From: Candidatus Woesearchaeota archaeon
Lineage (GTDB): Archaea > Nanobdellota > Nanobdellia > Woesearchaeales > ARS49
NCBI GenBank assembly: GCA_037445145.1
Contig: JBBILB010000002.1
Location: 15,137 to 79,136 of the forward strand
Reading direction: 5' to 3'
Length of the DNA: 64,000 nucleotides
Positions 27,183 to 36,271 of this stretch are shown one piece after another; position 1 is the stretch's first letter; every line of letters starts with the position of its first letter. Position numbers and translations under genes: made by a program. The notes beneath the pieces were generated by a model that saw only the letters and a list, made by a program, of their open reading frames with translations, ran no database searches and was not told the origin of the DNA.

Positions 27183-27202
27183 TGATGCCCGCAAAGGGCA
27201 GA
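27183..27202 (+). promoter_or_regulatory. Box C'/D'-like K-loop candidate in the rpl7ae leader
   Basis: UGAUG-CCC-GCAAA-GGG-CAGA. The GA/GA positions fit tandem sheared pairs closing a 3-bp GC stem. It is followed by hairpin GTGAGG-N12-CCTCAC and the RBS GGAAGGAGG. Confidence 0.3.
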
Positions 27203-27246
27203 GTGAGGTGTGATTCTTATCCTCACAGTATCGGAAGGAGGCTAAC

Positions 27247-27573
27247 ATGACAGACAAAGGACCTGCGGAAAAAGCTCTCGAGGCAGTTGAGCTTGCGAGA
27301 AGCACAGGCAAGATAAAGAAAGGCACCAACGAAACAACAAAAGCTTTGGAAAGGGGGACCGCAAAGCTCGTCGTCTACGCAAAAGACGTCCAGCCTGCAG
27401 AGGTTGTGATGCACATTCCCCTCCTCGCAAAGGAAAAAGGAGTGCCCTGCATTGAAGTGCCGAGCAAGGAAGAACTTGGCGCAGCAGCAGGAATAAAGGT
27501 GCCAACAGGAGCAATAGCAATCATCACAGAAGGGGAAGCAAAAGCAATAATAAAAGACATTAAAGGAGCCTGA
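27247..27573 (+). CDS. rpl7ae: 50S ribosomal protein L7Ae
   Basis: [30 protein letters not shown]...[25 protein letters not shown] is the canonical L7Ae sequence pattern. Confidence 0.95.
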   Translation: MTDKGPAEKALEAVELARSTGKIKKGTNETTKALERGTAKLVVYAKDVQPAEVVMHIPLLAKEKGVPCIEVPSKEELGAAAGIKVPTGAIAIITEGEAKAIIKDIKGA

Positions 27574-27578
27574 ACAAT

Positions 27579-27893
27579 ATGGGGGACCCGAAAAGAAAGC
27601 TGGTGGATATGACACAGCCGGAACCCGCTCAAAAGGCGGCAAAAGCCCATGCAGTAGAAGGCGTCAGGTTCACGATGGCAACGCCTGCGCGCGTTGAGGA
27701 AGTCATTGGGCGCACAGGAATGAGAGGAGAAGCAATACAGGTGCGCGTCAGGGTGCTTGAAGGCAGGGACAAAGACAAGATAATGAGGCGCAACGTGAAA
27801 GGGCCTGTCCAAAAGGACGACATACTCATGCTAAGAGAAACAGAAATAGAAGCAAGACCGCTGAACAAAGGCGGCAGGGCAGGAGGCGCATAA
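27579..27893 (+). CDS. rps28e: 30S ribosomal protein S28e (with N-terminal extension or later start at 27675)
   Basis: [26 protein letters not shown]....[25 protein letters not shown]. Confidence 0.9.
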   Translation: MGDPKRKLVDMTQPEPAQKAAKAHAVEGVRFTMATPARVEEVIGRTGMRGEAIQVRVRVLEGRDKDKIMRRNVKGPVQKDDILMLRETEIEARPLNKGGRAGGA

Positions 27894-27895
27894 AA

Positions 27896-28105
27896 ATGGC
27901 GCGCTGCTCATTCTGCAGGAAAGTCATAGAGCCAGGCACAGGAATAATGTTCGTGAAGACAGACGGCAGGATATTCCTGTTCTGCTCGGGCAAGTGCGAA
28001 AAGCACCTCCTCAAGCTCGACCATAAGCCACGAACCACAAAATGGACCCTTGAGTATGCACGCGAGAAAAAGCATCTCAAGACCGCAAAGGAGGAGAAGA
28101 AGTGA
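27896..28105 (+). CDS. rpl24e: 50S ribosomal protein L24e
   Basis: [36 protein letters not shown] zinc-ribbon pattern. Confidence 0.9.
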   Translation: MARCSFCRKVIEPGTGIMFVKTDGRIFLFCSGKCEKHLLKLDHKPRTTKWTLEYAREKKHLKTAKEEKK

Positions 28106-28608
28106 TTGAGCGCACCCTTGTGCTGCTGAAGCCGGACGCGGTGCAAAGATGCATTATAGGAGAAATAATTACGCGCTTTGAGCGCGCAGGACTGAAAATT
28201 GTAGGCGCAAAAATGGTGTGGGTAACAGAAGAGCACGCAAAACAGCATTATACAGAAGACGTTGCCAAAAGAAGGGGTGAGCATGTGAGGGAAAAACTCA
28301 TCAGGTTCATCAAAGGAGGCCCCATCATAGCAATGTGCGTGGAAGGAAGCAGCGCGATAGAGGTCACGCGCAAACTTGTAGGCGACACTGAGCCAAAAAA
28401 GGCAATGCCAGGCACAATCCGCGGAGACTTTGCCCATCACAGCTACCACTGTGCAGACATCCGCGACGTATCAGTAAGGAACCTTATCCATGCATCAAGC
28501 GACAAAAGCGAGGCAGAGCGCGAAATCAAGCTATGGTTCCGGCCTGAAGAACTTTATTCGTACAAGACAGTTCATGACGCTTACACCCAATGTGATGCAA
28601 AATGGTAG
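28102..28608 (+). CDS. ndk: Nucleoside diphosphate kinase
   Basis: [41 protein letters not shown] and NLIHASSD. The GTG start overlaps the rpl24e stop. Confidence 0.9.
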   Translation: MIERTLVLLKPDAVQRCIIGEIITRFERAGLKIVGAKMVWVTEEHAKQHYTEDVAKRRGEHVREKLIRFIKGGPIIAMCVEGSSAIEVTRKLVGDTEPKKAMPGTIRGDFAHHSYHCADIRDVSVRNLIHASSDKSEAEREIKLWFRPEELYSYKTVHDAYTQCDAKW

Positions 28609-30806
28609 AAAAAGAAACACAATTGGAAAAGATGAAGCGACTTGCTGACAAGCAGGAAAACATCCGCAACATCTGCACAAGCGCACACATACACCACGGA
28701 AAGACCGCACTCACTGACAACCTTCTTGCTGCAGCAGGGCTCATGTCAGAGGCTGCTGCGGGCTCGCTTGAAAAAGGAATGGCGACCTGGCAGCACGCAG
28801 ACGAGCAGGAGCGCCTCCTGACCGTTGACGCCGCAAACGTTTCAATGGTCCACAAGTTTGAGGGGCAGGAATACCTTATCAACCTCATCGACACCCCCGG
28901 CCACGTTGACTTTGGCGGGAACGTTACAAGGGCAATGCGCGCAATTGACGGCACCGTCGTTCTTGTCTGCGCCTCAGAGGGAATAATGCCCCAGACAGAA
29001 ACAGTCATCAAGCAGGCACTAAGGGAGCGAGTCAAGCCCGTATTGTTCATCAACAAGGTTGACAGGCTAATAACAGAGCTCCAGTTCACGCCGGAGCAGA
29101 TGCAGCAACGATTCCTAAAAATAGTGACTGAATTCAACAAGCTCATTGAAAGCATTGCCGAGCCAGAGTTCAAGAAAAAATGGCAGGTTGACATAATGAA
29201 TGGCAGCGTCGCATTCGGCTCTGCCAGGGAAAACTGGGCAACATCAGTGCCGTTCATGAAGAAAAAGAACGTCAACTTCAAGGACTTAATCGGCATTTAC
29301 AGGAGCGGAATGACAGAGCAGCAAAGACAGGAATGGGTGTGGAAGAATGCACCACTTTATGAAGTGCTGCTGGACATGGTAATCAAGCACCTGCCAAGCC
29401 CCTTGGAAGCGCAGAAATACAGGATTCCGAGAATATGGCACGGAGAGCTTGAATCAGAATTCGGCAAGGATTTGCTCAGCTGCAACCGCAATGGAAAACT
29501 TGCGTTCTGTGTCACGCGCATCACCATAGACCCAAGGTCTGGAAGGGAAATCGCGGCAGGCAGGCTTTATTCCGGCACAATAAAAGAAGGAATGCAAGTC
29601 TACCTCAATATGGCAAAGCAGACCCAGCGCGTTGCCCAAGTACTAATGTACCAAGGGGTCAAGCCAGAACTCATCGGCGAGGTGCCTGCAGGAAACGTCC
29701 TCGCGATCGCAGGCCTTAACACATTTGCGGGAGAGACCATCACGCTCGAGCCAGAACAACCGTTTGAGGAGCTCAGGCACATCTTTGAGCCAGTCATCAC
29801 AAAGGCAATAGAGCCTGTAAAACCACAGGACCTGAGTAAACTTGTTGATGTCTTAAGAAAAGTCGCCAAGGAAGACCCATCAATCAAGATTGAAATCAAC
29901 CCCGAGACAGGCGAGAACCTGATGCACGGAATGGGCGAACTCCACCTGGAAATAATAGAAAACCGCATAATAACAGAGAAGAACGTGCAGGTCAAGACCT
30001 CACCGCCAATCGTTGTTTACAGGGAAACTGTCACCAAGAAAGGATCCGAAGCAGAAGGCAAGTCGCCAAACAAGCACAACAAGGTATACATGTATGTTGA
30101 ACCACTTGAGCCGCACGTCCGCGAACTAATAAAAAACGGGGATCTGCCAGAAGGACGCATCAAGAAAAAGGACTTAGCAATCAGGGACACCCTTGTTGAC
30201 GTCGGGTATGACAACGACACAGCCCTTTCAGTAAAAGACATATACAAAGGCAACCTGTTCATAGACAAGACAAAGGGAATAGTGCAGATAGGCGAAGTGA
30301 TGGAACTCCTGCTTGACGGGTTTGAGCAGGTCATGGACGGCGGACCCCTTGCAAGGGAGCCATGCTTTGGCGTAAAAGTCGTAATGTCAGACATCAAACT
30401 GCACGAGGACGCAATCCACCGCGGACCGGCACAAATGTACCCTGCAGTAAGGGAATCAATCAAGACCTCAATGATGGGCGCAGGACCCGCACTCTTTGAG
30501 CCGATGCAGACTCACCTCATAGAAGCGCCAATAGAATATACAGGAGATGTCACAAAACTCGTGATGAACAAGCGCGGACAAGTGCTTGAGCTTGTGCAGG
30601 AAGGCGCGCTTTCAATAATCAAGGCAAAGCTTCCTGTTGCTGAAATGCTCGGCTGGAGCTCGGACTTAAGGTCCGCAACAGGAGGCAGGGGGACAAGCTC
30701 GCTTGTTGACCAAGTATTTGAGCGCCTGCCATCAGAACTGCAAGACAAGGTAATCAAGCAGATTGTCCAGCGCAAGGGGCTCACCGCAGGAATGCTCGGC
30801 GCGTAA
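28602..30806 (+). CDS. fusA: Translation elongation factor 2 (aEF-2)
   Basis: G1 AHIHHGKTALTDNLL, DTPGHVDF and NKVDR, with full-length collinearity over 734 aa. Confidence 0.95.
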   Translation: MVEKETQLEKMKRLADKQENIRNICTSAHIHHGKTALTDNLLAAAGLMSEAAAGSLEKGMATWQHADEQERLLTVDAANVSMVHKFEGQEYLINLIDTPGHVDFGGNVTRAMRAIDGTVVLVCASEGIMPQTETVIKQALRERVKPVLFINKVDRLITELQFTPEQMQQRFLKIVTEFNKLIESIAEPEFKKKWQVDIMNGSVAFGSARENWATSVPFMKKKNVNFKDLIGIYRSGMTEQQRQEWVWKNAPLYEVLLDMVIKHLPSPLEAQKYRIPRIWHGELESEFGKDLLSCNRNGKLAFCVTRITIDPRSGREIAAGRLYSGTIKEGMQVYLNMAKQTQRVAQVLMYQGVKPELIGEVPAGNVLAIAGLNTFAGETITLEPEQPFEELRHIFEPVITKAIEPVKPQDLSKLVDVLRKVAKEDPSIKIEINPETGENLMHGMGELHLEIIENRIITEKNVQVKTSPPIVVYRETVTKKGSEAEGKSPNKHNKVYMYVEPLEPHVRELIKNGDLPEGRIKKKDLAIRDTLVDVGYDNDTALSVKDIYKGNLFIDKTKGIVQIGEVMELLLDGFEQVMDGGPLAREPCFGVKVVMSDIKLHEDAIHRGPAQMYPAVRESIKTSMMGAGPALFEPMQTHLIEAPIEYTGDVTKLVMNKRGQVLELVQEGALSIIKAKLPVAEMLGWSSDLRSATGGRGTSSLVDQVFERLPSELQDKVIKQIVQRKGLTAGMLGA

Positions 30807-30847
30807 CCATATAAACACCCTTCAGTTTACTGCACAAGGGGAATGCA

Positions 30848-31534
30848 ATGGCAGAAAAACAGGTTGAACTCACAGTCATCATACCATGCTACAACGAAAA
30901 GGAAAGCATCAAGGGCTGCGTAATGGCTGTTCCCAAGATGCCGTGGTCAACAGAAATACTTGTTGTTGACGGCGGAAGTAAGGACAACACGCTCAAGGTG
31001 GCAAAATCCATCAAGAAAGAAGGGTTGCGCGTTATTGGGTACAAGCCATCGCGAACAAAAGGATACGCGTGCGCATTTGGCCTGAAGCACGCGCGCGGCA
31101 AAGTCACAGTAATACAGGACGTTGACATGAACCCCGCAGACATCCCGCAAATCGTGCGCCCAATATTTGAGGGCTGGGCTGACTTCGTGAACGGCACAAG
31201 GTTCATTATTCCAATGGAATCAGGAGCAATGTCAAGGCTCAACAGGTTCGGAAACAAGATTTTCTCAACACTTGTTTCGCTCGTAATAGGGCAGAAGCTT
31301 ACTGACTCGCTCTGCGGATACAAGGCATTCCACACAAACATTTTGCGCGGAAAACTCAAAGAGGACAACTGGCCTGACTTTGAAATGCTCATCAAAGCAA
31401 AAAGGGCAGGAGCGCGCATAGTTGAGATTCCAATACGCTATGTGGCGCGAAAGGGCGGAACGCCAAAGATGAGGCCGTTCAGGGACGGCTTCAGCATGCT
31501 CAAGATGCTCGTCAGGCTCGCAGTGAAACGCTAA
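30848..31534 (+). CDS. Family 2 glycosyltransferase (dolichyl-phosphate sugar transferase-like)
   Basis: LTVIIPCYNEKESI and DGGSKDNT.. DVDM (DxD), 228 aa. Confidence 0.75.
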   Translation: MAEKQVELTVIIPCYNEKESIKGCVMAVPKMPWSTEILVVDGGSKDNTLKVAKSIKKEGLRVIGYKPSRTKGYACAFGLKHARGKVTVIQDVDMNPADIPQIVRPIFEGWADFVNGTRFIIPMESGAMSRLNRFGNKIFSTLVSLVIGQKLTDSLCGYKAFHTNILRGKLKEDNWPDFEMLIKAKRAGARIVEIPIRYVARKGGTPKMRPFRDGFSMLKMLVRLAVKR

Positions 31535-32262
31535 TGACACAAACAGTGAACAAAATATCAGTGGTAATCCCTGTGCACAACGAGGCAGAAAACCTTGAAC
31601 GCCTCGTTCCAGGACTAAAGACCGCCCTAAAGGACTGGCTTCACGAAGTCATTGCAGTAAATGCAGAAAGCACAGACAACACTGCAGAAGTGTGTAGGCA
31701 GCTTGAAAAGAAACACTCATTCTTCAGGACAGTTGAGTGCAAGTCAGGAGTCGGCAATGCATTAAGGGCAGGCTGCAAGGCAGCAACAGGAAACTGGGTT
31801 CTCCTGATAGACTGCGACTTCCTCAAAAACATGGAGCACTTCCCATTGCTCGTGCACAAGGCAAACGAAGGCTATGACATGGTCACAGGCTCAAGATACA
31901 TACCCGGCGGAAAACTGATAGGCTACCCACCGTTCAAAAAATTCGCAAACAGGGTGTTTCATTTCATTGTGTGCAACACACTCAACATCACTTCAAAGGA
32001 CTTGACAAACAATTTCAAGCTCATGAGGCGCGAAATAGCACTAAGAATTCCCTCCGTAGAACCGCACTTTGCGGCAAACGCAGAAACAGGCATTTACCCC
32101 ACTTTGCTCGGATACAGGGTTGGCGAGGTACCTGTGCCATGGATACAGCGCGACTTCGGCGGAAGCAAGTTCTCAACAATAAAGCTCTCAGGCAGCTACG
32201 CAAGGGTTTTCCTAAGAGCACTATGGCTCAAGGCAACAGGCAAAATAAGGAGAAAACGCTAA
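31534..32262 (+). CDS. Family 2 glycosyltransferase, second copy
   Basis: ISVVIPVHNEAENL and LLIDCDF (DxD), 242 aa, abutting the previous gene. Confidence 0.75.
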   Translation: MTQTVNKISVVIPVHNEAENLERLVPGLKTALKDWLHEVIAVNAESTDNTAEVCRQLEKKHSFFRTVECKSGVGNALRAGCKAATGNWVLLIDCDFLKNMEHFPLLVHKANEGYDMVTGSRYIPGGKLIGYPPFKKFANRVFHFIVCNTLNITSKDLTNNFKLMRREIALRIPSVEPHFAANAETGIYPTLLGYRVGEVPVPWIQRDFGGSKFSTIKLSGSYARVFLRALWLKATGKIRRKR

Positions 32263-32281
32263 TCTGCATTATTCCGCAAGC

Positions 32282-32293
32282 TTTATAAATAAA
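32282..32293 (+). promoter_or_regulatory. TATA box upstream of tuf
   Basis: TTTATAAATAAA about 55 nt upstream of the ATG. RBS GGAGGGG at 32331-32337. Confidence 0.4.
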
Positions 32294-32345
32294 TGCACTT
32301 CCCATCGTCTATAGTCAAATTTTCAAATATGGAGGGGTAATTAGC

Positions 32346-33626
32346 ATGGCAAAAGGAAAACCACACGTAAACATCGTGTTCGTTGGTCATGTTGACCACG
32401 GCAAGTCCACAACAGTCGGAAGGCTGCTCTTTGACTCTGGAAACATCGAAGAACAGACACTTAGGAAACTCAAGGAAGAGGCAGAACGCCTTGGAAAGGG
32501 CGGATTCGAGTTCGCATTCGTCATGGACCAGCTCAAGGAGGAGCGCGAGCGCGGGCTCACAATCGACCTAAGCCACAAAAAATTCACAACATTAAAGTAT
32601 GACTTTACAATAATTGACGCACCAGGCCACAGAGACTTCATCAAGAACATGATTACAGGAGCATCGCAGGCAGACGCTGCAGTGCTCGTGGTCGGCTCAG
32701 AAGGAGTCCAGGCGCAGACAAAGGAACACGCATTCCTGTGCAAGACACTTGGTGTCGGGCAGATAATCGTGGCGTGCAACAAGCAGGACCTCAACAAGTA
32801 CGACCAGAAGAAGTTTGAGGCAACAAAGACAGACGCCCTTAACCTCCTGAAGAGCGTCGGCTACAAGCCAGAAACAATCCAAGTAATACCAATAGCATCA
32901 TACCCGGGAGACAATGTCGTCAAGAAGAGCGCAAACATGCCATGGTACACAGGCCCAACCCTGATTGAGGCGCTTGACAAACTCGCACCGCCTGAAAAGC
33001 CGATAAACCTGCCGTTGCGCCTGCCATTGCAGGATGTTTACAACATCAAGGGAATCGGCGTCGTGCCGGTCGGCCGCGTCGAGACAGGCGTCATGAAGGT
33101 TGGAGACAAGGTCATCATAATGCCAGCCCGCGAAGGAAAGGGAGTCACGGGAGAAGTCAAGAGCATTGAGATGCACCACGAAGCAATACCCGAAGCAGAA
33201 CCGGGAGACAATGTCGGATTCAACGTCCGCGGAATAGAACAGAAGGACATTGCCCGCGGAGATGTCTTAGGCAAAATTGACAACCCGCCGACAGTCGCAA
33301 CAGAATTCACAGCGCAGCTTGTGGTTCTGAACCATCCGACAGTCATCACGGCAGGATACACGCCAGTATTCCACATCCACACAGCACAAGTTGCATGCCA
33401 GTTTGTGGAGCTCGTGAAGAAGGTCAACCCTGCAACAGGAGAAACCCTTGCAGAGAAGCCTGACTTCATCAAGAGCGGCGATGTTGCAGTTGTGAGAATA
33501 AAGCCAATGCAGCCTCTCGTGATAGAGAAGCAGAAAGATATTCCAAAGCTTGCGAAGTTTGCGGTCAGAGATATGGGAATCACGGTTGCTGCAGGAATGT
33601 GCATCGACCTGGTCAAGAAGGCCTAA
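32346..33626 (+). CDS. tuf: Translation elongation factor 1-alpha (aEF-1a)
   Basis: [23 protein letters not shown] and NKQDL, 426 aa. Confidence 0.95.
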   Translation: MAKGKPHVNIVFVGHVDHGKSTTVGRLLFDSGNIEEQTLRKLKEEAERLGKGGFEFAFVMDQLKEERERGLTIDLSHKKFTTLKYDFTIIDAPGHRDFIKNMITGASQADAAVLVVGSEGVQAQTKEHAFLCKTLGVGQIIVACNKQDLNKYDQKKFEATKTDALNLLKSVGYKPETIQVIPIASYPGDNVVKKSANMPWYTGPTLIEALDKLAPPEKPINLPLRLPLQDVYNIKGIGVVPVGRVETGVMKVGDKVIIMPAREGKGVTGEVKSIEMHHEAIPEAEPGDNVGFNVRGIEQKDIARGDVLGKIDNPPTVATEFTAQLVVLNHPTVITAGYTPVFHIHTAQVACQFVELVKKVNPATGETLAEKPDFIKSGDVAVVRIKPMQPLVIEKQKDIPKLAKFAVRDMGITVAAGMCIDLVKKA

Positions 33627-33667
33627 ACAGCTTTCCATTTTTTATTTTATATGGGTAAACCAGCATT

Positions 33668-33979
33668 ATGCAAAAAGCACGCATCAAGTTGGCGAGCATT
33701 GACATAGACAAGCTCAATCAGACATGCGCTTACATTAAAGATATTGCCGACAAGACAGGCGTGGATATTCGCGGACCCATTCCTCTTCCTACGAAAAAAA
33801 TGAGAGTGACCACGAAAAGGTCTCCCTGCGGCCGCGGAACAGCCACGTGGGAGCGCTTTGAGATGCGCGTGCACAAGCGCCTCATAGACCTTGGCCTAGA
33901 CGAAAGGGCGCTAAGGCTCGTAATGAGGGTCCCAATCCCTGAAGGTTTGAACATCGAAATAGAAATGGTAGATGTCTGA
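33668..33979 (+). CDS. rps10: 30S ribosomal protein S10
   Basis: ARIKLAS.D...L......I.......GVDIRGPIPLPTKKMRVTTKRSPCG.GTATWERFEMRVHKRLIDL. Confidence 0.9.
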   Translation: MQKARIKLASIDIDKLNQTCAYIKDIADKTGVDIRGPIPLPTKKMRVTTKRSPCGRGTATWERFEMRVHKRLIDLGLDERALRLVMRVPIPEGLNIEIEMVDV

Positions 33980-34027
33980 TTCTTTCCCGCAGAATTTATA
34001 AATGCAGCCTGCTCGTTTTGCAACACA

Positions 34028-34516
34028 ATGGAAATGCTTGACATCGTCAACGAAAAGAACAAGGTTGTGGGAAAGGCAGAAAGAGCAGAATGCCACAAAA
34101 AACTCCTTGCCCACAGGCTGATTCAAGTATTTGTCTTTGATAGGAAAGGAAAGGTTTTTGTTGCGAAAAGAAGCAAAAGAAAAGCAGTCTATCCCGGGCT
34201 CCTTGACGTCTCAGTCGCAGGGCACGTTGATGCAGGGGAAACATACAAGCAGGCGGCAATGCGGGAAGTCCGCGAGGAACTGGGAGTCAGGCCCAAAAAA
34301 CTCAGGAAGCTGTTCACGTTCAGGCTCAAATCAAGGCCAGAAAACGTGCTTGTCACCCAGTATTCTGCAGAAATCAAGCGTGCTGGAAAAATAAACAAGT
34401 ACGAGATTGAAAGCGGCAAATTCATGGAATGGAAGGAAATGCGCAGGATGACAAGGCAAAACCCCAAGAAATTCGCGCCAACATCAATTACCGCGCTGAA
34501 GATTTACGGCAAATAA
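34028..34516 (+). CDS. Nudix hydrolase (IDI/Nudix-like)
   Basis: Nudix box GHVDAGETYKQAAMREVREELGV. Confidence 0.8.
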   Translation: MEMLDIVNEKNKVVGKAERAECHKKLLAHRLIQVFVFDRKGKVFVAKRSKRKAVYPGLLDVSVAGHVDAGETYKQAAMREVREELGVRPKKLRKLFTFRLKSRPENVLVTQYSAEIKRAGKINKYEIESGKFMEWKEMRRMTRQNPKKFAPTSITALKIYGK

Positions 34517-34689
34517 GCTCTTATTTCTGGTCGTCATCAAAGAATTCGTAGTAAGACAAGGACCCCATTGCGCCCAGCATAATCCAGAACAAAAACTCTT
34601 CAAACGGGAACCTGACCCCAAGGAAAGACACCCAGCCAATGAACTGGCTGCCGGGAAACTCCCACCAGCCAAGCTTCAGCGCAGTGATT

Positions 34690-35301
34690 TCATAAAGGAA
34701 TGTCAGGAAAAAAAAAGTATGCCGTTGCCTTCAAAAGCTTTGAAAACAGCCGTGGGAAATTAAGGAGCACAAGCAATATCGGCAGCAAGACAAGCACCAG
34801 CCCGAATACAAGATAAAAATAGGGTATGTTAAGGTATGCAGGGCTTATCAGGAAAACAGAAAAGAACAAGGCAAGCAGGAGAAGCACAAACAAAACAAGC
34901 AGCCTCATGTTCTTGCCGTACTTCGGTATGGAAACATGCCTGTCAAGGAAATATTCGTAAAACATAACAATGTAGTAGCAATAAAGCACAGCCCAAACAA
35001 GGACTTCAATGGTGACATAGCCCAAAAACCTGAAATTAATGATCGAAAAAGGAATCAGCCACGTCCGGGTTATGTGGGCAATGTAATCAATTACGAACAT
35101 CAGCGGCAGGCCGATAACAAGGGAGAACACCAATGACCTGCTGATGAATTTTTTCGCCCTGAAAGACAAGTAAAGCGAAGGAATGCCGAAAAAAACCAGT
35201 ATCGAAGTGAAAGTGCCTGCTTTCAATGCAAGGCACAACAGCGAGGCAGCTATCGGATACGCAAGCAAAACTGCCAAATCAAACTTCTCTCTTTTTTGCA
35301 T
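34690..35301 (-). CDS. Polytopic membrane protein (lycopene-cyclase-domain-like), C-terminus apparently truncated by a frameshift in an A9/T9 run
   Basis: 203-aa hydrophobic ORF. With one T fewer at 34708-34716 the frame continues as ...YFFFLTFLYEITALKLGWWEFPGSQFIGWVSFLGVRFPFEEFLFWIMLGAMGSLSYYEFFDDDQK* to 34521. Confidence 0.6.
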   Translation of the reverse strand: MQKREKFDLAVLLAYPIAASLLCLALKAGTFTSILVFFGIPSLYLSFRAKKFISRSLVFSLVIGLPLMFVIDYIAHITRTWLIPFSIINFRFLGYVTIEVLVWAVLYCYYIVMFYEYFLDRHVSIPKYGKNMRLLVLFVLLLLALFFSVFLISPAYLNIPYFYLVFGLVLVLLPILLVLLNFPRLFSKLLKATAYFFFPDIPL

Positions 35302-35302
35302 A

Positions 35303-35385
35303 CGCCGGCGGCAGGATTTGAACCTGCAATTCCTTGCGGAACCCGCTCTCGAGGCGGGCGCACTACCGGGTTATGCGACGCCGGC
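35303..35385 (-). tRNA. tRNA-Ser(CGA)
   Basis: Acceptor GCCGGCG/CGCCGGC plus G73. Anticodon loop CTCGAGA. Long variable arm TTCCGCAAGGAAT. T-arm GCAGG-TTCAAAT-CCTGC. TTTAAAAAT about 30 nt upstream. Confidence 0.85.
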
Positions 35386-35441
35386 AACAAATGTTGCATT
35401 CGTAAGTAGCATTTTTAAACCTTGCCTTAATCGCTCAAAAT

Positions 35442-35828
35442 ATGGTGCGCGTCTGGCTCGTTCCGCCCAAGTATCTTGACAATCAGCGCCTGCTTGGAGA
35501 GCATCTTGAAATTCACATAATCATCGGCGCAATCGCAAAAAGGCACAAGGGAAGAAAAGGCGGGTGGACAAGCCATCCTGAAACAATAAGGTATGAGAAC
35601 AGGGTAAAAGCGCTTATCAAAAGACATCAGAAACTGGTTGAAGAAATGAAAAAGCGCGGCTGGAATGCAGGAAAAATCCACAAAACACAGCTTCCAATCA
35701 AAGGAATCCCAAAAACTGCTTTCAAAGACTTCAGGCCGACAAGGAAAATGGTCCTCAAGGACATCCGCGACCTGAAAAAGCGCTGGAAAAAAGAGGGAAA
35801 AACAGGCGGAAGAATGCAACTGCCCTAA
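35442..35828 (+). CDS. Pyrimidine-dimer DNA glycosylase (T4 endonuclease V / DenV family)
   Basis: MVRVWLVPPKYLDNQRLLGEHLEIH....HPE..R matches the family's N-terminal signature (M.IW...P..LD...L..E). Confidence 0.7.
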   Translation: MVRVWLVPPKYLDNQRLLGEHLEIHIIIGAIAKRHKGRKGGWTSHPETIRYENRVKALIKRHQKLVEEMKKRGWNAGKIHKTQLPIKGIPKTAFKDFRPTRKMVLKDIRDLKKRWKKEGKTGGRMQLP

Positions 35829-36118
35829 TAACACCGCCTTTTCTTGGTCCATTCGCCAATTTCTTTTACGAGGAATGCCGCGTCACGAAAGCCATCATAC
35901 CGTGCAATCTCCTCAGAGCAAATAAATAGGACTGTTGTCGGAGTCTTTTTTATATCCCAGTCTTTTGAAATGGACGGGTTTTCAGTCGCGTTTATCCAGT
36001 AAAACTCAACATAGTCAGGCAGTTGCGCAGCAGCAGTTTCATACTCCTTAAGAAAGCACTTGTCATATTCCCCACCTGCTTGCAGGAACGTAACGCACAC
36101 AAAAGTATTTGACTCCAT
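35825..36118 (-). CDS. Thioredoxin-fold-like small protein without CxxC
   Basis: 97 aa trimmed to MESNTF... because the longer ORF overlaps tRNA-Glu. ...KTPTTVLF... beta-alpha-beta pattern. Weak call. Confidence 0.4.
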   Translation of the reverse strand: MESNTFVCVTFLQAGGEYDKCFLKEYETAAAQLPDYVEFYWINATENPSISKDWDIKKTPTTVLFICSEEIARYDGFRDAAFLVKEIGEWTKKRRCY

Positions 36119-36160
36119 AATCCTGTCTTCAAGCGCCTGGTCTGTTATCTGGGTTACCAA

Positions 36161-36233
36161 CGCCCCCGACGGGATTTGAACCCGTGTCAAAGCCGCGAGA
36201 GGGCTTTATCCTTGGCCGCTAGACGACAGGGGC
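36161..36233 (-). tRNA. tRNA-Glu(CUC)
   Basis: Acceptor GCCCCTG/CGGGGGC. Anticodon stem AAGCC/GGCTT, loop CTCTCGC. T-arm ACGGG-TTCAAAT-CCCGT. CTTTAAAAAC about 30 nt upstream. Confidence 0.85.
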
Positions 36234-36271
36234 AGTATTACGACGGAAAACCAACCGCATGTTTTTAAAGT

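Noticed and set aside
26769-27185. 138-aa ORF (and 70-, 75- and 121-aa ORFs) inside the non-coding region
   Set aside because: The composition is R/C/Q/H-rich and unlike any neighbour. There is no RBS or promoter in a sensible position, and the ORFs overlap each other on both strands and run through perfect hairpins. I treat them as chance ORFs.
28526-29296. 256-aa ORF antisense to aEF-2 (and similar shadows at 33038-33616, 49955-50707, 52301-53041 and 56497-57072)
   Set aside because: All of these lie opposite strongly supported conserved genes and have skewed Ser/Cys/Phe composition.
35825-36190. Full-length 121-aa version of the thioredoxin-like ORF
   Set aside because: Its first 24 codons overlap tRNA-Glu on the same strand, so I trimmed it to the internal Met at 36118.
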